Assembly (NCBI GenBank): GCA_041288095.1
Contig: JBGGMJ010000127.1
Span: 1-39,839 of the forward strand
Length of the DNA stretch: 39,839 bases
Source: Myxococcota bacterium
GTDB taxonomy: Bacteria; Myxococcota; XYA12-FULL-58-9; JALHOP01
Direction: 5' to 3'
Shown here: piece after piece, positions 18,641 to 27,347 of the stretch
How positions within the stretch are numbered: position 1 is the first letter of the stretch
How the letters are laid out: every line of letters starts with the position of its first letter
Position numbers and translations under genes: made by a program
The notes under the pieces: model-generated
Database searches by the model: none
Seen by the model: the letters and a program-made list of their open reading frames with translations, nothing else
Told to the model about the DNA's origin: nothing

Positions 18641-19012
18641 ATGGCGAAAGAGATGCAGGTGGAGGTCGAGTCGTTCTACGTCCCGGAACGCTCGAAGCCG
18701 GAGCGCGGCTATTACTTCTTCGCCTACCACATCACGATCACCAATCGCGGCGACGTCTCCGCGCAGCTCCTCACGCGCCACTGGGTGATCACGGACGGCA
18801 ACGGCCAGGTCCAAGAAGTACGCGGTGACGGGGTCGTCGGTGAGCAACCGCGCCTCGCCCCCGGCGAGAGCTTCGATTACACCAGCGCCTGCCCACTGCA
18901 GACGCCCTTCGGCACCATGGAAGGCAGCTACAACTTCGTGGCTGATACCGGCGAAGAATTCGACGCCACGATTCCGCTGTTCATGTTGGCGGTGCCATCC
19001 GCTTTGAACTGA
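18641..19012 (+). CDS. apaG: ApaG protein
   Basis: YFFAYHITITN, QLLTRHWVITD, VRGDGVVGEQP, YTSACPLQTPFGTMEGSY. Confidence 0.95.
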   Translation: MAKEMQVEVESFYVPERSKPERGYYFFAYHITITNRGDVSAQLLTRHWVITDGNGQVQEVRGDGVVGEQPRLAPGESFDYTSACPLQTPFGTMEGSYNFVADTGEEFDATIPLFMLAVPSALN

Positions 19013-19030
19013 CGTCGCGACTCAGCGCCC

Positions 19031-21550
19031 TCAGGTTCCGATGCGGACGAGAGAGAGGAGCGGCGCCTCGGGATCGCTCGCCTCGTCGAGATCGATCGCC
19101 CCTTCGATCATCCACTCATCCGTGCCCTCCGGGTCCACGAGCGTCTGGCGCACGCGGTACTGTCGCGGGCCTTCCTCGACGAGCTGAGTCCGCGTCGGTA
19201 GCCGCGCTTCGTGGTCGAAGCGGAGCTTGGCGTGTTGAGCCCAATACGGCGCCATGGCGTCGGCGATGGCCTTGTCGCTCCATTGATCGCTCGGGCGGAC
19301 GATATCGAGGACCGCCGCGTAGTGCCGAGACGCCAGCGCTTTGACGATCTGGTGCATCTCGCCGCGCACCCGGGCCGTGAAACCGCGCATGTCTTGGCGA
19401 GGGTCGAAGACATGATACCGCGGCGTCTGCGCGGGCTCGGCCGCGGAGGTGTCGGCTGGGTTGACGAGCTGCTCCCACTCGCGCACGAGCGAGTCATCGA
19501 CGCGCTCGAGCATGCCGCGAAAGTACACGGAGATCTCGAACAAGGCGTCGTCCTTGAACGAGTCGGGCACGGTCTGCGCCAGCGTCCTGTAGAAGTCGGA
19601 CAGATAGCGCAGCAAGACGCCTTCGCTGCGCTCGAGACCGTAATCGCGGACATACTCGTGGAAGGTGGCGATCTTCTCGTACATCTCGCGAGCAATGGAC
19701 TTGGGTCTGACGTTGTCCTCACCAGCCCATGGATGCTTCACGCGAAAGGCGTCGAAGCTCTCGTAGAGAAACTCGGCGAGCGGCTTGGGATAGTCGACCT
19801 TCTCGAGCTCCTCCATGCGCTCGTTGTATTCCATGCCTTGCGCCTTGAGCTCGGCGATGCGCTCACCCTTGGCACGGTCGAGCTGCTTCATGACGATGAT
19901 GCGCGGCGTCTCAAGGATGGACTCGACGAGCGACACGACGTCCAGGGCGTACGTTGGCGACTCCCGGTCGAGCAGCTTCAGCGCATCGAGCATGTACAAG
20001 GACAAGGTCTGATTCAGCGAGAAGTTGCGCTGCAGATCCTCGTTGATGACGACGCGCGCCGCTTTGACGCGATTGCGGACGACACTGACGATGCCGCCGG
20101 CCACGAGCGAACGAAACAGCTCGCGTGCTCGCCGCTTGTGGCGGGTACGCATGCCGGGACGCTCGTGCGAGCGCGCGATGATGCGGGCGAGGCGCCCATA
20201 ACCGCCACCGCGCTGCTCGGTCGGCTGCTGCAACAGTTGCAACAGCATGGCGTGGCTGACCACGAAACGCGACTCGAGCGGCTCCGGGTCGCGCTCGATG
20301 AGCAAATTGAACGTCTTGTCGTCCCACGGCACGAAGCCATCGGGCGGCTTCTTCTTCACCGCCTTTTTGCCGGCGCCGGCCTTGGCTTCGAGCTTGCGAT
20401 TCTCGATGACGTGCTCGGGTGCCTGACAGACGACGGTGCCTTGCGTGTCGAATCCACGGCGGCCGGCGCGGCCAGCCACCTGTTTGAAATCACGGACGGT
20501 GAGCAGCCCGGTCTTCTGGCCGTCGTACTTCGCCAACGCCGTGAACAAGACGGTGCGGATGGGTACGTTGACGCCGACACCCAGCGTGTCCGTGCCGGAG
20601 ATGACCTTCAGGGCACCCTGCTGTGCCAAGCGTTCGACGAGCAGGCGGTACTTCGGCAGCAATCCCGCGTGGTGCAGGCCAACGCCATGGCGGATGAAGC
20701 GTTGGATGTCCTTGCCGTAAGGCGTGTCGAAGCGAAAGCCGCGCACCACGTCGGCGATGCGGCTCTTCTCCTCGCGCGTCGAGAAATCCACGCTCAAGAG
20801 GTTCTGCGCCTGCTCGGCGGCATCGCGCTGTGTGAAGCTGACCAGGTAGATCGGCGCCTTGCCGCGTTCGACGAGCTTCTTGATGGCCTCGTGCAGGGCA
20901 TCCTCGCTGTAGACGAACTCGAGCGGGACCGGGCGATCGTTGCTCTTGACGACGGCGACCTCGCGGCCCGTCAGCTCGCTCAGGGATTTCTCGATGACGC
21001 TCGTGTCGCCCAACGTCGCGGACATCAAGAGGAACTGCGCCTGCGGCAAGGTGAGCAGCGGCACCTGCCATGCGACTCCGCGATCGCGGTCACCGTAATA
21101 GTGGAACTCGTCCATGATGACGTAGGCGACGTCCGCGTGCTCGGCGTCACGCAGGGCGAGGTTCGCGAGGATCTCGGCGGTGCAGCAGACCACCGGCGCC
21201 TGCGCGTTGATGCTGGCGTCCCCAGTGACCATGCCGACGTTCTCGGCGCCGAGCTCACGGCAGAGCGCGAAGAACTTTTCGGAGACCAGCGCCTTGATGG
21301 GGCACGTGTAGTAGGCGCGCTTCTTCTCGGCGAGCGCCTTGAGCTCGAGCGCCAGAGCGACGAGCGACTTGCCCGAGCCGGTCGGGGTGGCGAGCACGAC
21401 GTGTTTACCCGCCATCAGCTCGAGGATGGCCTGCTCCTGAGCTGGGTAGAGCTCGAGCCCCTGGCCCGAAACCCAGTCGAGGAAAGCGGCGAAGACGTCG
21501 TCCGCGGTCGGCTGCGCCGGCAGGTGTTCACGCAACGTCGCGGAGCTCAT
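19031..21550 (-). CDS. Ski2-like DEAD/DEAH-box helicase with DUF3516 C-terminus
   Basis: ATPTGSGKS, PIKALVSEKF, MDEFHYY, MSAT, GTDTLGVGVNVP, QVAGRAGRRG, RSEGVLLRYLSD. Confidence 0.9.
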   Translation of the reverse strand: MSSATLREHLPAQPTADDVFAAFLDWVSGQGLELYPAQEQAILELMAGKHVVLATPTGSGKSLVALALELKALAEKKRAYYTCPIKALVSEKFFALCRELGAENVGMVTGDASINAQAPVVCCTAEILANLALRDAEHADVAYVIMDEFHYYGDRDRGVAWQVPLLTLPQAQFLLMSATLGDTSVIEKSLSELTGREVAVVKSNDRPVPLEFVYSEDALHEAIKKLVERGKAPIYLVSFTQRDAAEQAQNLLSVDFSTREEKSRIADVVRGFRFDTPYGKDIQRFIRHGVGLHHAGLLPKYRLLVERLAQQGALKVISGTDTLGVGVNVPIRTVLFTALAKYDGQKTGLLTVRDFKQVAGRAGRRGFDTQGTVVCQAPEHVIENRKLEAKAGAGKKAVKKKPPDGFVPWDDKTFNLLIERDPEPLESRFVVSHAMLLQLLQQPTEQRGGGYGRLARIIARSHERPGMRTRHKRRARELFRSLVAGGIVSVVRNRVKAARVVINEDLQRNFSLNQTLSLYMLDALKLLDRESPTYALDVVSLVESILETPRIIVMKQLDRAKGERIAELKAQGMEYNERMEELEKVDYPKPLAEFLYESFDAFRVKHPWAGEDNVRPKSIAREMYEKIATFHEYVRDYGLERSEGVLLRYLSDFYRTLAQTVPDSFKDDALFEISVYFRGMLERVDDSLVREWEQLVNPADTSAAEPAQTPRYHVFDPRQDMRGFTARVRGEMHQIVKALASRHYAAVLDIVRPSDQWSDKAIADAMAPYWAQHAKLRFDHEARLPTRTQLVEEGPRQYRVRQTLVDPEGTDEWMIEGAIDLDEASDPEAPLLSLVRIGT

Positions 21551-21715
21551 CGCGGCGTGATCTATCACCGCCAACGAGGCGGCAAAACCCGGACGGCCCT
21601 TTTCATCGCGGCGTCCACTGTTTCATTAGGGTTCACTCACCCCCGGGTCGGCCACACCCCAGGTTTTTGACGGACCGTTCCTCCTTGAAACAGGGGGTTA
21701 CGGGCGATCCAGACC

Positions 21716-21731
21716 TGGCACCTGCCTTGCT
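21716..21731 (+). promoter_or_regulatory. sigma54 (-24/-12) promoter upstream of fliA
   Basis: TGGCACCTGCCTTGCT matches the consensus TGGCAC-N5-TTGCW; GGAGG RBS and ATG 21759 follow. Confidence 0.75.
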
Positions 21732-21758
21732 CAATAGGTCTGCGTGGAGGACGCGACC

Positions 21759-22571
21759 ATGAGTGCTTCGACCATCGAGCTCAACGAATCGACCCAGAGT
21801 GCCGTTTCTAAGAAGAACAACAAGTCGCGCCGGGCTCTCAGCGGCCGGGTTTCCGGAACCCAGGAGCTGACCACACCCTCCCCCAACTCCATCCCCCAAG
21901 ATGTGGAAACGGCGCGCGCCGTGGAGCGTGCTTGCACCGACCTGCAATGGCTGGTCATGCGTGAAGCACGCCGCGTCGCGCGCCGCGTTCCTTACTTTAC
22001 CGAGATCGACGACCTCATCGGCGCCGGCTCCCTTGGTCTCGTGACCGCGGTTCAGCGCCACATCGACCGCCCGGCGCCGATTCTTCAGCGCTTTGCGCAG
22101 CTGCGAATCCGCGGCGCCATCCTCGATCACCTCCGCATGAACGACCACCTCACCCGCCGGCAGCGTGCCGCGGTCGGTCAGCTCCGCAAGCAGACCGAGA
22201 AACTGAACCGCGAAGGTCAGACGGTGGACACCGATAGCCTCGCCCAGGCGATGGGCATGGGCCGTGCCCGCGTCGAGCGCATCCAGCACCAGCTCGCCGC
22301 GGTCCATGTGACCCACATCGAGGACGGCGAGCGCCTCCAGGGCGAAGATGACCCGAGCTCGTCGACCATGAAGAACGAGCTCCAGCAGCACGTCATGACC
22401 GCGCTCGCGACCCTGCCCGAGAAGATGCAGACGCTGCTAAGCCTCTATTACTACGAGAGTTTGTCGTATCGCGAGATTGGCACCGTGCTCGGCGTGACCG
22501 ACTCGCGGGTCTGCCAGCTGCACACCCAGGCCATGCAGACCCTGCGTCGCCGGCTTGCTCATTTGCGATAG
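21759..22571 (+). CDS. fliA: RNA polymerase sigma factor, FliA/WhiG (sigma28) family
   Basis: Region 2 DDLIGAGSLGL..RIRGAILDHLR; region 4 LSLYYYESLSYREIGTVLGVTDSRVCQLHTQA. Confidence 0.88.
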   Translation: MSASTIELNESTQSAVSKKNNKSRRALSGRVSGTQELTTPSPNSIPQDVETARAVERACTDLQWLVMREARRVARRVPYFTEIDDLIGAGSLGLVTAVQRHIDRPAPILQRFAQLRIRGAILDHLRMNDHLTRRQRAAVGQLRKQTEKLNREGQTVDTDSLAQAMGMGRARVERIQHQLAAVHVTHIEDGERLQGEDDPSSSTMKNELQQHVMTALATLPEKMQTLLSLYYYESLSYREIGTVLGVTDSRVCQLHTQAMQTLRRRLAHLR

Positions 22572-22575
22572 GCGC

Positions 22576-22602
22576 TCAAGTTTTGCCCACAAGCGCCGTT
22601 CT
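22576..22602 (+). promoter_or_regulatory. Putative sigma28 promoter for flgM
   Basis: TCAAGTTT-N11-GCCGTTCT versus consensus TAAAGTTT-N11-GCCGATAA; located 8 nt before the flgM ATG. Confidence 0.6.
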
Positions 22603-22610
22603 TCCTCTCG

Positions 22611-22853
22611 ATGGCTACTAAGCTCTCGAGAAAAGACGTCCCAGCCGCGTGGGCCACCTACCTCTCCGTTGGCGCAAAGGCAGCCTCGTCGGGGCAGGGT
22701 CGCCGAGACTCAGTCGAGCGGCAGCGCCGCATCGCCCAGCTCCGTGAGCTCGTCGCCTCGGGTACCTACAAGGTGAACCTCGAGCATCTGGCGGCGGCGC
22801 TCATCCGGCGCGGCGGTCTCATGCACGGCGGCGACGCTCACGCGGTCAACTAG
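22611..22853 (+). CDS. flgM: FlgM-like anti-sigma28 factor
   Basis: C-terminal RIAQLRELVASGTYKVNLEHLAAALI matches the FlgM sigma-binding motif; directly downstream of fliA. Confidence 0.75.
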   Translation: MATKLSRKDVPAAWATYLSVGAKAASSGQGRRDSVERQRRIAQLRELVASGTYKVNLEHLAAALIRRGGLMHGGDAHAVN

Positions 22854-23794
22854 GGCGCTAGCGCACCCTTGGGGATCACATAGAGCTCCGTCGGCTTGTC
22901 GACGATGACGTTGCTGTTGTCGGTCGCCACCAGCACGTCGCCGTCCTTGGTCCAGGCAATGCCTTCGAAGTTCGGCAGCGGCTGCACCAGCGGTAGCAAA
23001 TCGAGAGCGACGATCGCGGTGATGTCTTGCAGCTCACCGTCGGCTGGTACGTCAAAGCGGACGATGCGGCCGACGCCGAAGTGGCGCTCGATGGCGAGGA
23101 CCTGGATGCCATTGTCGTCGCGCGCCCGGCACTCGAAGGACGAGATCTTCCCGGCGTTGCTCGTGAGCCAGAGCCGGCCGTAGCTCCATGCGTGCGTGCC
23201 GAAGTCGTAGCGCGCGATCGGCGCGTAGCGGCGGCCCTTCTCGGAGACCACGACCTCGGTGCCGACGACGATGGAGCCCAGGGCGGCGCACATCGCTTCG
23301 ATGCCGTGGTTGATACCGGCACGCTGCCCCCAAGCGTTGTAGTCGAGATCCACTTCGTCAGTGACGTGGGCTTCGTTCTCGTTCACCTCGATGAGCAGCA
23401 AGGCGTCCTCGCGCCGGCTGTGATGCGTCTCGGTGCCGACGGCGAAGTGACCCGGCGACAGGAAGGCAATCGCTTCCGTGTCGAGGCCGTCGCGGACACC
23501 GGTGAGCGGGACGGTCTTCTCGACACGAAAGACCCCGCCCTCCTCGCGAAAACGGACGACGCTCCGCTGGCGCTCCGGGATGGCGACGTAGGCGCCGGTG
23601 TCGTCGACCGCGAGTCCCGAGAGTCCTTCGCTGGTCGCGCCCGCGAGCGTGCTACGGCGGATGCCTTGGGTCGCGGCCGCCTTGTTGACCTCGAGGACCT
23701 TGCCCTCGGCATTGTCTGGCTCGCGCGAGCAGGCTACGGCGCAGGCAAGGAACACCATCGCCAGTCGGCGACATGGAGGGACGCGGAAAACCAC
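22850..23794 (-). CDS. Putative lipoprotein, beta-propeller (phytase-like/SdiA-regulated-like)
   Basis: Lipobox AVAC; repeated blade motifs GLSGLA, DTEAIA, GIEAMC, NFEGIA, VATDN. Start uncertain. Confidence 0.7.
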   Translation of the reverse strand: MVFRVPPCRRLAMVFLACAVACSREPDNAEGKVLEVNKAAATQGIRRSTLAGATSEGLSGLAVDDTGAYVAIPERQRSVVRFREEGGVFRVEKTVPLTGVRDGLDTEAIAFLSPGHFAVGTETHHSRREDALLLIEVNENEAHVTDEVDLDYNAWGQRAGINHGIEAMCAALGSIVVGTEVVVSEKGRRYAPIARYDFGTHAWSYGRLWLTSNAGKISSFECRARDDNGIQVLAIERHFGVGRIVRFDVPADGELQDITAIVALDLLPLVQPLPNFEGIAWTKDGDVLVATDNSNVIVDKPTELYVIPKGALAP

Positions 23795-23813
23795 GCTCCC
23801 AGGTAGGAGAGCC

Positions 23814-24809
23814 GTGACGAAGGGTCAAGTGCTGGTTTCCGTGCTCATCCCGGCGCGCAACGCCGAAGCGACCGTCGAAGCCGCGGTCGCGAGCATGACG
23901 AGTCAGACCCTGCGCGAGCTCGAGGTCGTCGTCGTCGACGATGGTAGCAGCGATCGAACAGCCGCTATCGTCGCGCGCTTGGCCGCGGCGGACGGGCGGA
24001 TCCGTCTCATCCGTTGTGAGGCGCTGGGGCTTACGCCGGCGTTGAACCGCGCCCTGCAAGAGGCGCGGGCGCCATGGCTTGCCCGCATGGACGCCGACGA
24101 CATTGCCTACCCCGAGCGTTTGCAGCGCCAGATGTGTCTCACCACCGAGGCCGACATCATCGGCTGCGGAGTGCGGATCGTCGGGGCTGGCGAAGGCTAC
24201 GCGCGCTACGCCTCCTGGCTGAACGGTCTCGTCACCCACGAGGCGATGATGCGCGAGCGCTTCGTCGAGAGCCCCCTTGCCCACCCCTCGGTGCTGATGC
24301 GCCGCGCGACGGTGCGGGAGCTCGGCGGCTACCGCGACATGGGTTGGGCCGAGGACTACGACCTCTGGTTGCGCGCGGCTCGAGCCGGCGCGCGCTTCGC
24401 CAAGGCGCCACAGGTGCTGCTCGACTGGATCGATCGCGGCGATCGCACGTCACGGGTCGATGACCGCTATGGCGAGGAAGCCTTTTACGCATGCAAGGCG
24501 CATCACCTGCTGCAAGGGCCTCTTGCGGAGAAGCGATGCACCATCTGGGGCGCCGGTCCTGGCGGCACGCGGCTCGGACGCGCGCTGCGCCGGCAAGGCG
24601 TCACCATCACGCGCTACATCGACATCGACCAAAAGAAGATCGGCCAGATGCGTGGAGGCTCGCCTGTGATCGCCGTAGCGGACATCGATCGCTCGATAGA
24701 CGTCCCGATCCTCGCGGCGGTCGCGGTCCGCGGGGCGCGCGAGCTGGTGCGCGCCGAGCTGGTCTCACGCGGGTTCGTCGAGGCCACCGACTTCTGGTGT
24801 GTCGCGTAG
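23814..24809 (+). CDS. Glycosyltransferase family 2 with C-terminal Rossmann-like segment
   Basis: VSVLIPARN, VVDDGSSD, ARMDADD, AEDYDLWLR, TIWGAGPGG. AGGAG precedes GTG 23814. Confidence 0.88.
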   Translation: MTKGQVLVSVLIPARNAEATVEAAVASMTSQTLRELEVVVVDDGSSDRTAAIVARLAAADGRIRLIRCEALGLTPALNRALQEARAPWLARMDADDIAYPERLQRQMCLTTEADIIGCGVRIVGAGEGYARYASWLNGLVTHEAMMRERFVESPLAHPSVLMRRATVRELGGYRDMGWAEDYDLWLRAARAGARFAKAPQVLLDWIDRGDRTSRVDDRYGEEAFYACKAHHLLQGPLAEKRCTIWGAGPGGTRLGRALRRQGVTITRYIDIDQKKIGQMRGGSPVIAVADIDRSIDVPILAAVAVRGARELVRAELVSRGFVEATDFWCVA

Positions 24810-25997
24810 GGCGCGAGAGAGCGCCTCGTAGTCCGGGCGGTCGTTGTAGAGCTGCGCCGATACACGGAACCAGCGGCGCTCGGGCGACGGCCACGCGAAA
24901 ATCGGCACCTCGATGGCGTGCTCCGCGAAGAGCTTGGCGCCGAGCGGGTCGAAGCGCGACGCGGGCTGCTCACTCGCGGCGGCAAGATGCTCGGGCAGGG
25001 GCAAGGTCACCAGCGCGCCGACCATGCTCTCGGGCACCGGAGGCGTGAGACTCAGCGTCTCGCAGAGATGAGCGCGTGCCGCGAGCGCCATCGCATGGTT
25101 ACGGGCGCGCAACTCCGGCCAGCCGCCGGGGAGCAAGCTCGCCATCGTCTCGATGGCCTTGGGGATGCACAAGAAGCCGGTGCAGTCGTAGGTGCCGGGC
25201 CAGTCGTGGTCCCGACGAAAACCCGAGGTGCCGGGGAAGCCGCGAGCGATGACCAGCGGCTGAAAGCCCTTCTGCCGATCCGGGCGCACGTGGACGAACG
25301 CCGTCCCCTTCGGACTGCATAACCACTTATGCAAGTTGCCGACGTAGTAAGCCGCGCCGATCGCGTTCACGTCGAGCTCGAGCATGCCGGTCGCGTGCGC
25401 ACCGTCCACGAGGACGTCGATGCCCCGCGCCTCGAGCTTGCGGACGAGCTTCTCCACCGGCATGACGACGCCGGTCGGGCTGCTGACGTGATCGATGAGC
25501 ACGAGCCGCGTTTGCGAGCTGGTCGCGTCGACGATTCGCTCGATGACGGCGTCGCTATCGCGGAGAGGCAGCGGCACATCGGCGACCACGAGCCTGAGAT
25601 CCTGGCGTTCCGCGAGGTGCTCGAGCGCCATGCGGCACGAGGGGTAGTCGTGGTTGGTGGTGACGATCTCGTCCCCGGGCTCGAGATCGAGGTTCTTCAG
25701 CACGAGATTGACGCCGGTCGTGGCGTTGGTGACGAACGCAAGATCGTCCGCGCCGGCGTTGACGAAGCTCCCGAGCGCCTGACGCGCGCGCTCGAGCTCG
25801 GGGCCGACGTAGTGCAGGAAAAACTGCGACGGCTCGCGCTCCATGCGGGCGCGCAGCTCGTTCTGATGCTCCAAGACGGCGCGCGGCGTCGCCCCGAAAG
25901 CCCCATGATTGAGGTAGCGGACCTTCGGATCCAGCATCCAGAAGTCGCGCAATTTGGGCATTGACACAGGCCAAACCGGCTCAGAGGTCATTTTCAT
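24765..25997 (-). CDS. PLP-dependent class V aminotransferase (isopenicillin N epimerase / cysteine desulfhydrase-like)
   Basis: YLNHGAFGA, NATTGVN, LVDGAH, GNLHKWLCSPKG (PLP lysine), RVSAQLYN. Start may be ATG 25961. Confidence 0.85.
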   Translation of the reverse strand: MKMTSEPVWPVSMPKLRDFWMLDPKVRYLNHGAFGATPRAVLEHQNELRARMEREPSQFFLHYVGPELERARQALGSFVNAGADDLAFVTNATTGVNLVLKNLDLEPGDEIVTTNHDYPSCRMALEHLAERQDLRLVVADVPLPLRDSDAVIERIVDATSSQTRLVLIDHVSSPTGVVMPVEKLVRKLEARGIDVLVDGAHATGMLELDVNAIGAAYYVGNLHKWLCSPKGTAFVHVRPDRQKGFQPLVIARGFPGTSGFRRDHDWPGTYDCTGFLCIPKAIETMASLLPGGWPELRARNHAMALAARAHLCETLSLTPPVPESMVGALVTLPLPEHLAAASEQPASRFDPLGAKLFAEHAIEVPIFAWPSPERRWFRVSAQLYNDRPDYEALSRALRDTPEVGGLDEPA

Positions 25998-26014
25998 CTC
26001 CGCGCGAATCGCTC

Positions 26015-26042
26015 TTGCGCTCCGGCCGTCAATGCCTAGAAT
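26015..26042 (+). promoter_or_regulatory. Putative sigma70-type promoter of the histone gene
   Basis: TTGCGC-N16-TAGAAT, with AGGAG RBS at 26064-26068. Confidence 0.45.
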
Positions 26043-26077
26043 CGCCCGCGCTGTACCACTTTCAGGAGATTTGAACG

Positions 26078-26272
26078 ATGGCCGAGCAGAAGAAAGAGCG
26101 TGAAGTCGTGGTCGTGGGCTCGAAGCTCAAGGACGCCGTGAAGGCCGCTGGTTGCCAGAGCTCGGGCGACTTGGTCGAGGCAGTTTCGGAGAAGGTCCAC
26201 GACATGATCATCGCGGCGGTCGAGCGCGCCAAGCAGAATGGCCGCGCCACGGTTCGTCCTTACGACCTCTAA
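26078..26272 (+). CDS. Bacterial histone-fold protein (singlet, Bd0055/HLp-like)
   Basis: 64 aa: VVVGSKLKDAVK (alpha1), SSGD loop, long alpha2, then RAKQNGRATVRPYDL (RxTxxxxD clamp with truncated alpha3). Good RBS. Confidence 0.85.
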   Translation: MAEQKKEREVVVVGSKLKDAVKAAGCQSSGDLVEAVSEKVHDMIIAAVERAKQNGRATVRPYDL

Positions 26273-26285
26273 TTCGTGTCGGCGC

Positions 26286-26320
26286 CGTCGGGCGTCTCTC
26301 CGTGAGGAGAGGCGCCGACG
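26286..26320 (+). terminator. GC-rich stem-loop downstream of the histone gene
   Basis: CGTCGGGCGTCTCTCC-GTGA-GGAGAGGCGCCGACG (one bulge, one G-U pair, GNRA loop); no U-tract. Confidence 0.5.
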
Positions 26321-26345
26321 AACGTCGGCTAGCAGCAACGCTTAG

Positions 26346-26367
26346 AAGGCCTCATCCGAGGCCTTTT
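26346..26367. terminator. Probable bidirectional intrinsic terminator between convergent genes
   Basis: AAGGCCTC-ATCC-GAGGCCTT followed by TT. Confidence 0.6.
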
Positions 26368-27346
26368 ACGTTTTCGTCCAGTCGATCACGATCTTGCCGA
26401 AGGTGTCGTTTCGCTCGAGGCGCTGATGCGCTTCGCGGATGCCCGCGGGGGCAATGAAGCTGTCGACGACCGGCTTCAACGTGCCGGCCTCGAAGCTGGG
26501 CACGAGGTGTTCCTCCACCGCTCGCGCAAGCCGAACTTTTTCGGCGAGCGGCCGCGTTCTGAGGACAGTGCCGCGCAGGATGATGCGCTTGCTGAGCAGC
26601 CGGCCGAGGTCGAGGTCGACGGTGGTGCCGCCGGTCAGGCCAATGAGCACGTGGCGTCCGCGATCGCGTAGGAGACCGAGAGTCGACGACACGAGCTTGC
26701 CGCCGACCAGGTCGATGACCACGTCGATGCCTTCGGGCGCGAGCTTCTTCACCGCGTCCGGCCAGTCGCTCTCGGTGACCACGCCACCGGTGAGCCCGAG
26801 TGGGCTCGCCTTGACCAGCTTGTCGGCGTTGCGGGACGTGCCGATGACACGAGCGCCGGCTTGCTTCGCGAGCTGCACGGCGGCGGTGCCGACCCCGCTA
26901 CCAACCGCGTGGATGAGTACCGTCTCGCCAGTCTTCAAGGCGCCCTCGTTGAAGAGGCCGTCGTAGGCGGTCATGAATGCTTCGGGTATGGCGGCCGCGT
27001 GCCGCAAGGAGAGGCCGGTCGGCGCGCGCATGACCTCGTCGGCGCCGACGATGACCTGCTCGGCGTATGCACCGCCACCAACGATGCCCATGACACTGTC
27101 ACCGACCCGAAAGGAGGTCTCGGTGCCGACGGCGTCGATGACACCAGCGTACTCGAGCCCGAGGATGTCGGTCGGTGAGCCCTTCGGCGGCGGGTAGTGA
27201 CCACGGCGCTGCAACAGGTCGGCGCGGTTGAGTCCGCTACCGTGGACACGTATGCGCACCTGACCTTCGCTCGGCTCCGGCGTCGGTCGCTCTTCGAGTC
27301 GCAGCACATCGGTGCCCCCCGGCGCGTCGAAGACGATGGCTCGCAT
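26366..27346 (-). CDS. NAD(P)H:quinone oxidoreductase (PIG3/zeta-crystallin MDR family)
   Basis: GLNRADLLQRRGHYPPP, ILGLEYAG, AAIPEAFMTAY, VLIHAVGSGVGTAAVQLA, FGKIV. Confidence 0.9.
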   Translation of the reverse strand: MRAIVFDAPGGTDVLRLEERPTPEPSEGQVRIRVHGSGLNRADLLQRRGHYPPPKGSPTDILGLEYAGVIDAVGTETSFRVGDSVMGIVGGGAYAEQVIVGADEVMRAPTGLSLRHAAAIPEAFMTAYDGLFNEGALKTGETVLIHAVGSGVGTAAVQLAKQAGARVIGTSRNADKLVKASPLGLTGGVVTESDWPDAVKKLAPEGIDVVIDLVGGKLVSSTLGLLRDRGRHVLIGLTGGTTVDLDLGRLLSKRIILRGTVLRTRPLAEKVRLARAVEEHLVPSFEAGTLKPVVDSFIAPAGIREAHQRLERNDTFGKIVIDWTKT

Positions 27347-27347
27347 G

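Noticed and set aside
19211..21670. Long antisense/alternative-frame ORFs (e.g. 819 aa here; also 12786-14279, 6004-7596, 35061-36512, 1325-2290)
   Set aside because: They mirror well-supported genes and have no motifs; expected shadow ORFs of high-GC codon bias.
24765..25997. Class V PLP enzyme as the missing kynureninase, or as evidence of beta-lactam biosynthesis
   Set aside because: Motifs (YLNHGAFG, GNLHKW) fit the CefD/cysteine-desulfhydrase-like group; it lies about 6 kb from the operon and no beta-lactam genes are present.
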